From a virus, in the IMG/VR virus record IMGVR_UViG_3300047378_000694, positions 96,001 through 160,000 of that record: a stretch of DNA of 64,000 nucleotides; one strand, 5' to 3'. Both the position numbers and the translations under genes were made by a program. Below the pieces are notes generated by a model. It did not search any database. It worked only from the letters and a program-made list of their open reading frames with translations, and was not told the origin of the DNA. Within the stretch, counting starts at the first letter, position 1. The number at the start of each line of letters is the position of its first letter. Shown one piece after another: positions 41,901 to 50,696 of the stretch.

Positions 41901-44900
41901 ACGTTTAAATTCTACTTTATTTGCAGCTGGACTTATTGCTAATACAGTTTCGTTGTCCCAATTTTGTGTTGTAAAGAATAAAAACTCTTTTACAAGTAGC
42001 AAGAAATCTTCAGGTAATCCACTTTCAGGATTTAAATTTTCAAAATTCCATCCTTGTACTTTTAGATATTCTTCGTATCCTAATAAAAAGTCAACAACTT
42101 CTTGTTCTGTTTTATAAATTGTACCATAAGGAATTGTAGTTTGATTATCTTTATCAAACATTTTTCTAATAATTGCATCTTTGCCGCCAGTTATTGGAAG
42201 TTCGGCAAGTTTAGTATATTTTTCAATCTCAAAGGTTTCTTCACTCTCGTGACTAACTTTTGCTCTATAAAAATTATTTTCAAATCTTACAATAGTACCA
42301 ATAACATAAGTTTGATCAGAACTCCAATTAACAAAATCTTCACTAACGCCGCCAACATTAATTGCACTATCGCCATTACGATTCATATATGGATAAATTG
42401 TAAATGTTGGATTTAAAGTATCATATCCTCCAATAATATATCCATTTTGTGTTTTAGTAATAATTACACCTGACAATACTGCAATATCTTGTATTCCACT
42501 GGTGTTTAAAAATATTTTGTAATTTTCATCAGGAACAAATACTGTAGTTTTGTTTAGTGGGCTACGACTATCAAGTAATAATTTTAATTTTGTTTTTTCT
42601 GCAAAGCCCCCGAGTTTTACAGATAATTGATTGTCAAGTCCGTTTACTATTGTTTGATAATTTGCATACTTGCTTTCTACAGACCATTTTACGTAGTTTG
42701 CAATATAATTTACAAGTCCACTAGTGTAAACTTGTGTTGTCTCATTTGCAATACTTGGAAACACTAGATCCTTTGTAGAAATTTGTTGGTTAGTTTCTGA
42801 GTAGACATAATTTCCAGCCATATCTTTTTTGATACGACTTGCATCAAACCCAAGTCCAAATACTTTACTAGGCTGTGTTAGTGTCCAGGCTTTTAGTAAT
42901 CCAAATCTATATTCACTACTATTTCTAAATGCTGATTCAACCGGTCCTTGGTCGCCGTAAGTAAAATCTTCAGACGATGCAGGTAGCAAAAATCCTTTAG
43001 CAATTCCGCTATCAAGCGGACTTTGTAGCTCGCCGCTGTCATTTACTGGAATAATACTTAATAGATTTGGCCTCATATATTTTGTTAATTGTACAGTTGC
43101 TTTGCCAGGTTCTTTAACAAACCCGTCTCTTAAATCTTGCCACAGCACTGTGTTAGAATATGTGTAAGGAGCAGGGCCGTATTGTGTTTCCCACCAGCTC
43201 GGCTTAATTGAAAACCCTAACATCTCCCATGGATGAGTATGCGGACGATCGGTATCATAATGCTGTTTAAAGATTGCTCTCCAACCGCCGGGTAGACGAT
43301 TACCATTTTCGTCTACTGAATTACGATAGTTAAATGTAAACCCATTTGTGCCGTCCCAATTAGTATTTTCAGTATAGTTTGGATTTCCAGCAGCACTTAA
43401 CCAGCTACTAAATTCATCTAAGATCAATCCATCGATTGTTTCTTTTGTAACATTTGTATCTCTATATGTTCCGCCGATAAATTCATGTATGTTTAGATAT
43501 TCAGGATTATAAGGCTGTTTACAGTTGTTGTAAATACGTTTTTCAAGTTCAAGTAATAAGTCATCTCTGTAATCGCCAAATTCAACTGTATAGCTACCAT
43601 CGTGTCCTACAATAACATTTTGTGTGCCTAGTGCATTAGTAATGACAGTTCGCTCAGGAGTATATAGTGGATACAACCCTAATTTAGTAGGAGTTGGAGG
43701 AACATAACATCCGTTTGTATTTTCATATTCATATACAACTATGTCTTGTCCTACAGTTGGGTTAGTGTACTTAATGAAGCCATCTTCAAATGTATAATCA
43801 ACATTGTGTAATTTTTGTTCATCATTAACATATACCAATACTGCTGTTTTACCTAATTTTGTTAAAGTAAAGTTTGAAAAACTAGTTGGTAGATATGCAG
43901 TTTCGTTGTATTCAACTGTATTTGTTGTTGCTGTTGATGCATTAATTGGAATCACATCAGATGAAAAGAAAGGCGCCGACTCTGTTTTATCTTTATTCAG
44001 CGTATTCATAATCAAATCAACATGTTGTCTTGCATCACCATGAAATCCTGTTCGAGATGCTTCGTATAAAAATGCACGTTTAAATCGGCTGTATTCTTTT
44101 GAAGCGTATTGAATAGACTTCATAATGTTTGCTTCTTTGTCAACAATATGATAAGCTGCTAGATTAAACGGTCCACTGTGTTTAACAAACTGAGTACCAA
44201 AAGAACTTTGTGTTTTTGGAAAAAGATCTCTTAGATTGGTGTTTCCAGGAGCTTGTCCTCTTCCGCTGGATCCAAGATTTTCAAGTATAGTATTAACATG
44301 CTTTGTAACCTCGCCTAGAGTAAAAGTAGTTAAATTTTCATTTAACGGATTGCTCTCTAAATTTTGAGGAATTTCATAATACCCATTTAAATTTTTAGTT
44401 GCAGCACTGTAGCATTTAAGAGTTACAATACTTTCACTTGTTAAATTTTTAAGAAATCTAACACGCTTGTAAGGCACACTATTTTCAACTACGTAATCTG
44501 TATCTTGTATCTTACGTTTTCCGTTAACATAAACTTTTACAATTAAATCAGTTAAATTATTACTATCATTAAACATATCAATGTCAAAGTTATTTAATTG
44601 ACTGTTGTATTGTCTAATTACTGCTTGACGTGATTTAAATTTAGTTTTAGTCCATACATTTTTATATTCATAATTTCCATTAGGATCAAATAATTTAAAA
44701 AATCCACTATCAGTTTTTGCATTTATTTTATTTTGTATTTCGTCTTGATAATTCCAAGTATCTGTATGATAATTAAAATCAAAAACAATATCGCCAAAGT
44801 TGTTTATACTTTCGTATGCAAGCGGAAATCCTAGTTCTGTATCGTTTGTACCTGTGCCAATTCTATAAGAAAATAATTTTGTTCCTGTAAAACTCGATGC

Positions 44901-46697
44901 TAGATATTGTGTTTTATCGCCGTAGCTATTACCGTTGGTATCAAACAAATCAAAATGCGGCTGTTCGTTTACTTTTGTTTTTTCCTGTCCCGGTATCCAT
45001 TTATTATCGTGATAGTGATACATTTTACCAGCATTAACATTACCTTGTTTTACTAATACCGTATCTCCTTGTGATGGTGTTGTATCACTAGTTTCAATTA
45101 AAGCAATTTGTCTATTTTTTACAGTGCCGGTACCAAAAAGAATAAACTTAACTTCATAAATTTTTCCGTTTACTGTTATGTCAGGATCTGCTGAAAACAA
45201 CACACGCATACCGTTGGTTACTTCTACTCCGTCAATTATATAACCTCCGGAACCTTCGATTGTACTAAACGCATCTTTTGTAAATGTATCGATTAAATCA
45301 ACATTTGTTTTTGCAAGATTTCCGTGATTGTATAATTGTAATCCGGCCTTATATTCAATAATTGGACGTTTAGCTCTTGCAGTTTCATCAAACTTTATAG
45401 GTAGTCCGTTGGCTACAAAACTCGATTCAATGATATCTCGGTGGAACCAACGATTGTATCTACTCCATGGATTTCTATCAGGACTAGCACGGTTAATACA
45501 AATGTAATCTTTTACTGATAAAAATGCTGATGCATCTTCATAAGGATATTTGTCAAATCCAAACTCTTCTCCGTCAAAGGGTACCTCTTTTGTAGATGTA
45601 AATGTAGTTGGAATTTCAAGGTCTTGTTCGTTTACTAATTGTATACTGCTGCCAACACCTTCAACAAAATAATACCCTGAAGCATATTTTGTAGGAGTAA
45701 CTTCACCTTGAAAATAAACTTTCATACCATTACTAAGGTTTATAGTATCGTTTTCGTATGTTTCCATTCCAAGTATTTCTGTCTCAACGTTAATTTGAGA
45801 GTTTTCAACTATATTATAAAAACTAAAAATTCCAGTTAAGTTTGCATTATTTTGACTTAGATAAAATAGTGTGTCCGGTACTTCGTCTGGTACAACAAAA
45901 ACAATTTTACCCTGTTCAATAAAAGTATCTTGTGTTTCAATATAAGTGCCTTCTTCATTTACTTTATATTTTGTAATACCAGTGTTATATAGTGTACTAA
46001 CATTTTCAGCGTCAACTTGTAGTAAAGGATCGTTGTCAACAAAAGCAATGTTGCTTGCTATACTAAAAGGATGCCCAGGACAATCGATAACAAATTCGTA
46101 TGTCTGTCCTTTGTATAACTTGATGCTCGGATTCTTTGTAATACCGTCTGGCGTAAACAAATAACTTTCGACTTGATCGTCTTGTCCTAAAACAATATTG
46201 TAAACACTGGTTGTATTTCTTGTTCGTCCTGCAATACCTACTGGTTCGGGTCCAAGCGGTAACCAAAAATATTCTCTAAAGTTTGTAAACTTATCCCAAT
46301 CAATCTGCGGATCCCAGCTATAAGATTGCTGACTATTTAAAGCACTATGATTTGTACTAGCACCTTTGAATGTTTTTACCATTCCCATATAATCATTGTA
46401 GGTTGCAAAAAAATCTACATTATCAAGCTCGTCTTTGTAAACAATGCTTGATTCAAATTGATAATTTTCTCTGTCAGTTGAAATGTCAGGTAAGAAATTG
46501 TCTGTTACAACAGTCGACGGACTATTGCGTCGACCAACATATGCATCAAGTTTTTCAACAACACCCTCTGATATCATCGAGTCAATAGTTGACTGTATAA
46601 ATTTTGAGTTTGTTTCGGTTCTGAAATACCTAGGAAGAAGATTTTTAGCCGAACGTTTGGTGTCGCCTACTGGCAAGGGATAATCTTGGTTTTCCAT
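32952..46697 (-). CDS. Giant (4581 aa) baseplate wedge-associated structural protein (positional gp7 equivalent)
   Basis: Uninterrupted 13.7-kb ORF translationally coupled to the gp6-like gene; N-terminal LLPRYF; FG-GAP-like propeller repeats, CBM5/12-like repeats, 'GxGY..P' repeats; C-terminal IDGERIEY..LRRGTLGT. Confidence 0.7.
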   Translation of the reverse strand: MENQDYPLPVGDTKRSAKNLLPRYFRTETNSKFIQSTIDSMISEGVVEKLDAYVGRRNSPSTVVTDNFLPDISTDRENYQFESSIVYKDELDNVDFFATYNDYMGMVKTFKGASTNHSALNSQQSYSWDPQIDWDKFTNFREYFWLPLGPEPVGIAGRTRNTTSVYNIVLGQDDQVESYLFTPDGITKNPSIKLYKGQTYEFVIDCPGHPFSIASNIAFVDNDPLLQVDAENVSTLYNTGITKYKVNEEGTYIETQDTFIEQGKIVFVVPDEVPDTLFYLSQNNANLTGIFSFYNIVENSQINVETEILGMETYENDTINLSNGMKVYFQGEVTPTKYASGYYFVEGVGSSIQLVNEQDLEIPTTFTSTKEVPFDGEEFGFDKYPYEDASAFLSVKDYICINRASPDRNPWSRYNRWFHRDIIESSFVANGLPIKFDETARAKRPIIEYKAGLQLYNHGNLAKTNVDLIDTFTKDAFSTIEGSGGYIIDGVEVTNGMRVLFSADPDITVNGKIYEVKFILFGTGTVKNRQIALIETSDTTPSQGDTVLVKQGNVNAGKMYHYHDNKWIPGQEKTKVNEQPHFDLFDTNGNSYGDKTQYLASSFTGTKLFSYRIGTGTNDTELGFPLAYESINNFGDIVFDFNYHTDTWNYQDEIQNKINAKTDSGFFKLFDPNGNYEYKNVWTKTKFKSRQAVIRQYNSQLNNFDIDMFNDSNNLTDLIVKVYVNGKRKIQDTDYVVENSVPYKRVRFLKNLTSESIVTLKCYSAATKNLNGYYEIPQNLESNPLNENLTTFTLGEVTKHVNTILENLGSSGRGQAPGNTNLRDLFPKTQSSFGTQFVKHSGPFNLAAYHIVDKEANIMKSIQYASKEYSRFKRAFLYEASRTGFHGDARQHVDLIMNTLNKDKTESAPFFSSDVIPINASTATTNTVEYNETAYLPTSFSNFTLTKLGKTAVLVYVNDEQKLHNVDYTFEDGFIKYTNPTVGQDIVVYEYENTNGCYVPPTPTKLGLYPLYTPERTVITNALGTQNVIVGHDGSYTVEFGDYRDDLLLELEKRIYNNCKQPYNPEYLNIHEFIGGTYRDTNVTKETIDGLILDEFSSWLSAAGNPNYTENTNWDGTNGFTFNYRNSVDENGNRLPGGWRAIFKQHYDTDRPHTHPWEMLGFSIKPSWWETQYGPAPYTYSNTVLWQDLRDGFVKEPGKATVQLTKYMRPNLLSIIPVNDSGELQSPLDSGIAKGFLLPASSEDFTYGDQGPVESAFRNSSEYRFGLLKAWTLTQPSKVFGLGFDASRIKKDMAGNYVYSETNQQISTKDLVFPSIANETTQVYTSGLVNYIANYVKWSVESKYANYQTIVNGLDNQLSVKLGGFAEKTKLKLLLDSRSPLNKTTVFVPDENYKIFLNTSGIQDIAVLSGVIITKTQNGYIIGGYDTLNPTFTIYPYMNRNGDSAINVGGVSEDFVNWSSDQTYVIGTIVRFENNFYRAKVSHESEETFEIEKYTKLAELPITGGKDAIIRKMFDKDNQTTIPYGTIYKTEQEVVDFLLGYEEYLKVQGWNFENLNPESGLPEDFLLLVKEFLFFTTQNWDNETVLAISPAANKVEFKRDKFTIDNLFDAFYDVNILDSSGNFMDSSVTSIFRNDDNTFTIRTVDSDRPIYLIKLPLVQKEHTVLLDNKTVFADTIYDKSAGFRQERIKLVGYRTDGWNGSLSIPGFFYDEAKVMQWVPNSDYRVSDVVKHKEFYYSAFANHTSGETFNDSKWRRLDERPVSQIYPNWDYKANQFADFYDLDTDNFDSEQQRLAQHLIGYQKRQYLENIITDSVSQYKFYQGFIQEKGTSNSVTKLFDALSSADNDSVELYEEWAIRLGQYGSIENIAEIEYQLTEKDYKLEPQIYELNASKTIGRSDLIIEIPSTGGYKVPDDYDHTIVSSTTSTSTYTKDSGYVRNNDVEYIVTSRSDITSINIDELEIGKHVWITKDKQSWTVLKHTRSDLEVTGFVNITNTDGSSAVKITLDRQVENIAKDDIIGIFSSIPNFKGFYKVSDVLANTITFAVSTTDGEIDFEEEDDSFSGVGGASLSRFVERRFANIEDLNNLIEDIQKDQKDRLWIDNNGTGNFSVYENNSIVSLQQEYANANTTFAKSTDINNSNTTLVTGDPNDASLDFTGTATIKRRNSPTFAFTNDQILSATDATDDNSGYGTSVAVSPDSKFIVVGAPLADNALSQFKGTLDPTEAYLTGDIVVDRGTLWRAKNDVSNWHTDASDSSSIGTSDNRDWEPAYYIPAGVGTSSGLSNQGVIYIYELDDKTRQYEQKIVMTSPDPNASENFGTTLQIRKTSNGIYKLFVGATGAGQGRVYFFEYDTDWRWTRNRNYKGVFDQNEEYRTTDIVFYQGQLYEALVERPSSTPTGQKLPTDIASWKISEDIEHTGFVPNRDQDLDGDLDTGEENFGEKIAIDTLGDKIVVSSTVNGLRRLTVYHQPVDRWKFIQSFDEDVLKRETWGKNFDINDDGTKIAVAAPYNDDVDTDAGTVYVYKQNSNNVYELQQNIRSPYTDKCEAFGSSVSFSKNKLAITGKNSDLVEMTTFDENGMLLDNGNTDIKKIIPDTGRIILFQEINDLYVYAEDVDYSRNTATHEMENIVLNDNHLYLNIPTIVATAMPRPYNNDPRYVTSPNPGLLVDFSFATGKNTWSELTTQIAKPNIEQLQQVFLYAKDTADIIQRLDVIDPRQGKIAGPAEQELSFKTWYDPATYSSSSDTSDVIVDVQSNWTDRYVGKLWWNLKEASWYNPYQGNSQYRTNTFNKLLPNSRIQVCEWVETNLLPSEWNAQTGTTAGYTKGISGTALYDDDTVSSKQVYDRTKQGFTTKYYYWVENAQIVPRVAGRSLSCESISNLIADPAGTGYRFVSLLENNKFALYNCKNLVQETNTILHFRKEKDTTINVPIHREYDLMTEGLDLSMPNASIEQKWIDSLIGYDNVGNPVPDITLSDTKKYGVLNQPRQSMFINRVEAVKQFVDRINSVFVKNLIVDNYDISKLLLVDPLPLAAEGNFDRQIDTVSELQFVGTAKNTQAVLTPVVEFGKITGVTINNPGNGYKTAPSIEIEDVTGKNAEIISTINSNGQITSVTVKDQGYDYTPTTFLKVRPFSVLVTADETIGGRWTIYIYNKTTAAWERTDNQSFDTTKYWNYADWYAPGYSESTVIHQVIDGSYQLFGLDNSIGDVVKIKNIGTGGWLLLKKTDNQDTEDYTINYDTVGRENGTIKLLDVIYNYTTETTGYDAGVYDTTFYDREPVNELRNIIDAIKTNIFVSDLAVEYNKLFFASVRYVLSEQDNVDWVFKSSFLRAKHNVGDLTQKVAYQNDNLENYQDYINEVKPFKTKVREYISAYQKIEPTQSIISDFDLPPSYIGGKITPSAAKFNNNEVTNLWEKYFTYPYKNWVDNNTYEIIRIDVADGGSGFYDTPAVTISGESGITAKAYVAKGKVKSIEILNKGSRVLSAPTITVSGNQSNDGTSVRATAVLGNPNVRSTHMTVKFDRISGKKYFETIDKTETFAGTGAQEIFTLQWPINQNITTYSVLLNNVELLDTEYSVVNKLDTTKGYDRYIGEITLVTEPKIDDTLVVKYKKDTALLHAADRIFYEYDPTTGMPGKEFSQLMTGVEYEGALYDSFDFGGEQGFGVGGFSDLPWDTFDNTYDDEIIKLDGSTNIITLSSPLESGVEYNLYLNGVRLDDPQYDGSTITANKNAVMATITGDGVQTEIDINGAFSTTADDEIIIRKQSSDGSFSPVGSTFDTALQGGALDRTTATGIPSGEITVDGDGFFTPTNSGGPEELVPGTVTDTLDLQVYTRQNDGQAQINVAHYIFDGSTREFAYPEKPFGEDNVVVMLDKVVLRTDTYSNDYSLESVFIDSDIDINVGSIITVMTFGANGNSLIDSKTIEINEFDLQDSSAIQSDNWRFVTAADYSSDASCIVILNGSVQTEGSDYFLNTSNTTEPADKLVIEISGGRVRLDQGNVIQYAVYDSGITSYSQINNDYSWSNGTGNYWNFTDTFTPINDLPLGHNLLVFGDEDILSPGYSIRFTTTSSLSYDIDGWQFANLSSVAKIDFMVYVNDVRLDVSQWSWDNVNARITLLNTNVAPAGSKLDIYCLQNADYYFIDTALTFTTLDGSTAFDMESQVTVGEPLLLVSGATSTRFEPIVKSVNGNTVVVQSMAKDIRDEFIADEDFYVTADSTAVKISEVEFIDSDSISINPEIYDDLFTTYRAMHFSNHDINQFRRFTYDVLTETVVNENTDEFARRNLLSSGIVQLESAAAGAQYVWVVKNKRLLHPIVDYEVMENLNAVRLKDIVNENDRIQVMHWAAPVSSDKFGYRIFRDMLGRTHYKRLSKENSYMIANPVSPYDNKIVLVDATGIQEPDIVLNLPGIIWIDGERIEYFAVQENTLSQLRRGTLGTGVKDLHAAGDIAYGQGSAETIDYRDTYSVYRDRADGSNQIVDLGFDIDNANEIEVFVGGRKLSKVDISVYNKTLAQDSPEADQTQTKEYEVVTVGGNKYIQFTTTPAVDTEIRVVKRTGKKWIAAGETLRNSNSAIARFIRGATIELPK

Positions 46698-49600
46698 TAA
46701 TAACTGCTGCCTCCGCTCGAGCTACTTGTACTTACTACTACTTCGGCTTGACTTCCAACAGTTTGTCCTGTTTGCTCAGCTGAAGTTACAATAGCACCAT
46801 CTGCTTTTAATCTATCAGCTGTGATTGCTGTGATTATTTCAACATTATCAACAGTTGCACCGCTGATAAAAATTTCGTCGTTTTCACTTCTTACTTCAAA
46901 CAAACTGCCAAATGTATCTGTTGCTGAATCAGGTACAAGAACAATACTATTTAAATTAGGCGCTAGTTGTTGCATAATATATGCACTTAGTTCGCTCCAA
47001 TAAAAAGTATCGCCAAATTCCCAATTTTCTAAAGCAAAGAATCGATTTGTTGCTTCAATAACTTGTGTTTTGATATCTTGATCATTAACAACACGGGCAG
47101 AATTTTTTACTACCTTCATTGTAGCTTGCAATCCTGGTTTAGCTTTTTTTCCAAATAAAACTTTAAATTTAACTGGATGATATATAACTTCGTCGCTAAT
47201 TGATTTAATTTTGTTGATATCAGTGCCGTAATTTCTATAAAGTTGATCGGAACTTTGAGGAAGTGGTTCAGTTTCAAGTGTGCCTGCAAGGTATTGTCTA
47301 TAGTTTGTATCATATGTTTTTGTTAAAAGATATGTGTCCATAATATTACTACTACTTGGATCAATTCTAGCATTTTCATCACTAGCATGTGCATATTGGA
47401 ATTTTAATCCACTACGTCCTTCGTATGCTTTATAATTAAAAACTTGTGTTCGTGTTCTGTTTGTACTATCAATTTTTAAAAATGCATCATTTGCAATTAC
47501 ATAATAAATTGGATTATTTGGTGTAGTTACACTAGCTGCTGCTTCAGATTGTACAACTAAAATATTTTCTGTAGTTTGATCTACATAACTATAAAACTCG
47601 TTGTCATCGTTTGCTTTTTTTACAAATACATATTTGTTAGTATCACCAACTGATATAGGTGCAACAATATCGTTAAAAATTTGTGGATTATCAACTACAC
47701 CATCATCATCGCTATCAAAAAATACTACTTCAACTTTTTTACTATTTACATACCCAATGCCGTCTGTAAATTCTGCACTTACTGCCCACGGATAGTCAAC
47801 TGTAAAAGGCAACAAGCCGCCGGTTGACGCTAAATCTTTATTAATGTTTAATACACTAATTTTATCTCGAACAATTTCACCGGTTTTACTGTCATATATT
47901 TTTTTACTTTTTTCAAAAAAGAATCTTACTTCATTATCGCTTTCAAATACATAACGTAGCGATCTACTTGTAATAGTGTAATCAACTCCATTTGTTTCAA
48001 ATAAGAATAACCAACTTCGGTCCAATGACTGTTGTGTAGAATCTCCTGATAGTGCATACGACCATGTGTCGTTTACATTTAAGTTTTCTTGTGTTACTAC
48101 CTGCCAGCGACGATTGTTAGTGTCGTATCTTAATCCTACTGTTCTGTATGCAAACAATTGGTTAACTAAAGAATTTTTAACTTCATTGATTAAATCTCTA
48201 GTAAATTTTGGTTTTACACTATTAATTACTGCACCTGCTGGAATTGCATCGTTAAGAACAATTCCGCCTAAGCCTGTTGCTGATAATTCGTTACCGCCGT
48301 TTGTAACACTTATTACCTTTGTCCAAAGATATGTTACAGCGCCTTCGTGATCTGGAAGACCTTGCATTAATTTGTTATTATCAGTTTTCATAAAATGATA
48401 ACCCGATGGTGCTGTAAATTTAATTAGTGCGCCAGGCTCAATGTATCTAAAAACTCCTTCGGTAAACGAAGAAACTATATATTTAAATGCAGTAGTATCA
48501 TTTTCATTATTAGCGTCAACTACAAATCCACTACTGCGATTAGTGTCCTGTGTTGTTTGCTGCCAAACAATATTTAAATCTGTATAATCTTGATCTGTAA
48601 ATTGATCATAATAAAAATTGCGTGTATTTTTATCCTGCAATAATGGCTCAATTGTATTTGCTACAATTCCTTCAACATCAGTTTTTGTAACAAAACTAAA
48701 TTTTGTTTTTTCTTCTTGGTAATCTTTGTAGACTACACCATCAGTGCCAAATAAATTTGTTGAACTGTACTTGCCAGTGCTATCACGCAGATCATAGTAT
48801 CTATTAATGCCGCTGCTGGTTCTATTAACACTCTTTACTTTAATAATATTTTGACTTATTCCAAGAGGTCCAAGATTATAATCTTCTGCTGTAATTAAAC
48901 GATTCTGTGTATAATATGTACTAGGTGCATTGTCTTTAATACTTTGTGTTGTTTCGCTACTGGATGCAGTTGCTACTGATTGTTTTAAACTACAAAGCAT
49001 TGTAAGAGTTTCGTTTTTGCCATTTGCACTTATATACGGAATTGAAATTTTAATGTTTTGTACATTATTTGGAAAAATTGTATAGTCAAGATTTGCACTT
49101 GTTCTGTAGTAAGATCTAAAATTGCCTTTAGGAAGATTACCAAATACACCATCAGCAAAAATTAAATTTATGCGGTCATTTGTTCTTGATAGCACACTGT
49201 AGATATTTTTAATTTTTTTACTAACACTATTATAAATTACATTGTTGCCTTCGACAGCATCGACCTTTGTCCAAAGATCTTGTTCTTGTCCACTACTATC
49301 TAAACTATATAACCATACATCAGTATCGTTTACATTTGCAGCATCAACTTCAACTGTTTGATTTGGTGTTGGTAAATCAATTTGAAAATCGCCACGCTGC
49401 AAGCTACCTTGTCTAAAATGAATAAAAAATCCAGTGTTTGCACTGCCGGCACCTTGTCCGTTGTCTTTGTATAAAAACGAAAATTTATTTCCAACACGAG
49501 GTGCTTCTTCAACAATATCATTTTTGTCAATGTCTGCGCCAACTGCTTCAAAATCTAAATTAGTTCCGTTTATCACTTTACTAAAACTATAAACAGGAAA

Positions 49601-50185
49601 TGATTCTGGAGATGAATTAATATTATATTTTTCAGTCGGAATACCGCCAACAATAGCTGATTTTCTTGGAGATCCAAATTGGTTAGTATCAAGCATACTT
49701 GCATTAAGTGCTTTAATAAATTGATCATACCAATTTTCGTTTGTTTGATCATTCCATTTAATTGATCTACCTGATAGGTTAGTACCTGTTGTATCCGATA
49801 CACTTTCAGTTGTAGTAATACTATCAACTTTTAAAAATCCAGCAGCTGGTTGATTTCGAGTTACATTATAACTAATTAAACGAGCTAGTCTAAGAACACT
49901 TTCTCTGCGCTCAGCTAATTCAATAAAGTTTTCTCTTGCATTTAAATCAACTCGGAAACTAATGTTTTGTCCAAGAAATGCAATTAGATCAATTAATGAA
50001 AGATATTCACTACTTTCAATATAATCGTTAAAATCTTCTGGATAATTTTGTCTAATATAATTAACCATTGTTCGACGTAGATTGTCAAAGTCGTAACTTT
50101 TGAAATCTGCATACTTGAAACTCTGGTATATTTTCTGCCAGTCTTCGGCTAATAAAAGTCTATTTTGTCTATCGGTTGCAGACAT
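46697..50185 (-). CDS. gp6: Baseplate wedge subunit, T4 gp6-like
   Basis: DFDNLRRTMVNYI..FNDY..S....LIDLIA, ENFIELAERRESVLRLA, FADGVFG..P, SIKDNAP..Y.TQNRLITAEDY. Confidence 0.8.
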   Translation of the reverse strand: MSATDRQNRLLLAEDWQKIYQSFKYADFKSYDFDNLRRTMVNYIRQNYPEDFNDYIESSEYLSLIDLIAFLGQNISFRVDLNARENFIELAERRESVLRLARLISYNVTRNQPAAGFLKVDSITTTESVSDTTGTNLSGRSIKWNDQTNENWYDQFIKALNASMLDTNQFGSPRKSAIVGGIPTEKYNINSSPESFPVYSFSKVINGTNLDFEAVGADIDKNDIVEEAPRVGNKFSFLYKDNGQGAGSANTGFFIHFRQGSLQRGDFQIDLPTPNQTVEVDAANVNDTDVWLYSLDSSGQEQDLWTKVDAVEGNNVIYNSVSKKIKNIYSVLSRTNDRINLIFADGVFGNLPKGNFRSYYRTSANLDYTIFPNNVQNIKISIPYISANGKNETLTMLCSLKQSVATASSSETTQSIKDNAPSTYYTQNRLITAEDYNLGPLGISQNIIKVKSVNRTSSGINRYYDLRDSTGKYSSTNLFGTDGVVYKDYQEEKTKFSFVTKTDVEGIVANTIEPLLQDKNTRNFYYDQFTDQDYTDLNIVWQQTTQDTNRSSGFVVDANNENDTTAFKYIVSSFTEGVFRYIEPGALIKFTAPSGYHFMKTDNNKLMQGLPDHEGAVTYLWTKVISVTNGGNELSATGLGGIVLNDAIPAGAVINSVKPKFTRDLINEVKNSLVNQLFAYRTVGLRYDTNNRRWQVVTQENLNVNDTWSYALSGDSTQQSLDRSWLFLFETNGVDYTITSRSLRYVFESDNEVRFFFEKSKKIYDSKTGEIVRDKISVLNINKDLASTGGLLPFTVDYPWAVSAEFTDGIGYVNSKKVEVVFFDSDDDGVVDNPQIFNDIVAPISVGDTNKYVFVKKANDDNEFYSYVDQTTENILVVQSEAAASVTTPNNPIYYVIANDAFLKIDSTNRTRTQVFNYKAYEGRSGLKFQYAHASDENARIDPSSSNIMDTYLLTKTYDTNYRQYLAGTLETEPLPQSSDQLYRNYGTDINKIKSISDEVIYHPVKFKVLFGKKAKPGLQATMKVVKNSARVVNDQDIKTQVIEATNRFFALENWEFGDTFYWSELSAYIMQQLAPNLNSIVLVPDSATDTFGSLFEVRSENDEIFISGATVDNVEIITAITADRLKADGAIVTSAEQTGQTVGSQAEVVVSTSSSSGGSSY

Positions 50186-50209
50186 GATTACATTCCTCGG
50201 CTAATACTA

Positions 50210-50215
50210 TATTTA
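50210..50215 (-). promoter_or_regulatory. Late-promoter motif TAAATA-TAGT-A
   Basis: Intergenic, upstream of GAGGA RBS and ATG 50185. Confidence 0.6.
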
Positions 50216-50237
50216 TGTATATTAAAATGTACGCACA

Positions 50238-50684
50238 TTAAAGTATGGCGTTTGACTGATTGTCAAATTTTAAAGTCATTTGTTCACTGATGTTATATTC
50301 AATGTACGTAAGCTCTGCATATATTTGTATACCTGATTCGTATGCATCAACAATAATATTACTTGCATTTACTCTTGGATCATAATTTACTATTTGGGTT
50401 ACATTATCAAGCACTGCTTTTTTAATCGAGTCGGTCATTGGTTCAAATAGTACGTCCCAAATTATAGTACCAAAGGTTGGATTCTCAAGTTTTTCACCAA
50501 TTCGAATATGAAAATGATTTAATATATCTTGTTTGATTAATTCTATATTTCTTAATTTAAAATTTTTATCTTCGGTGTTGACTGTGCTCAGTCCTTTGTA
50601 GCTTTTATCTACCAGAGGCTGATTCATAGTCTTAGGTGACGTAATTTTTAAATTTTTATAAAGATTTTTCTCTAGTGTGCTCAT
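50238..50684 (-). CDS. gp25: Baseplate wedge subunit, gp25/GPW family
   Basis: IKQDILNHFHIRIGEKLENPTFGTIIWDVLFEP...YDPRV. Confidence 0.88.
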   Translation of the reverse strand: MSTLEKNLYKNLKITSPKTMNQPLVDKSYKGLSTVNTEDKNFKLRNIELIKQDILNHFHIRIGEKLENPTFGTIIWDVLFEPMTDSIKKAVLDNVTQIVNYDPRVNASNIIVDAYESGIQIYAELTYIEYNISEQMTLKFDNQSNAIL

Positions 50685-50688
50685 ATTG

Positions 50689-50694
50689 TATTTA
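50689..50694 (-). promoter_or_regulatory. Late-promoter motif TAAATA-CAAT-ATG (predicted leaderless)
   Basis: Motif 4 nt before gp25 ATG; no room for an RBS between them. Confidence 0.6.
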
Positions 50695-50696
50695 CC

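Noticed and set aside
32952-46697. Intein, intron or stop-codon recoding explaining the giant ORF
   Set aside because: No intein-like C/S...HN-C/S/T block or LAGLIDADG motif noticed; ORFs tile the window fully in the standard code
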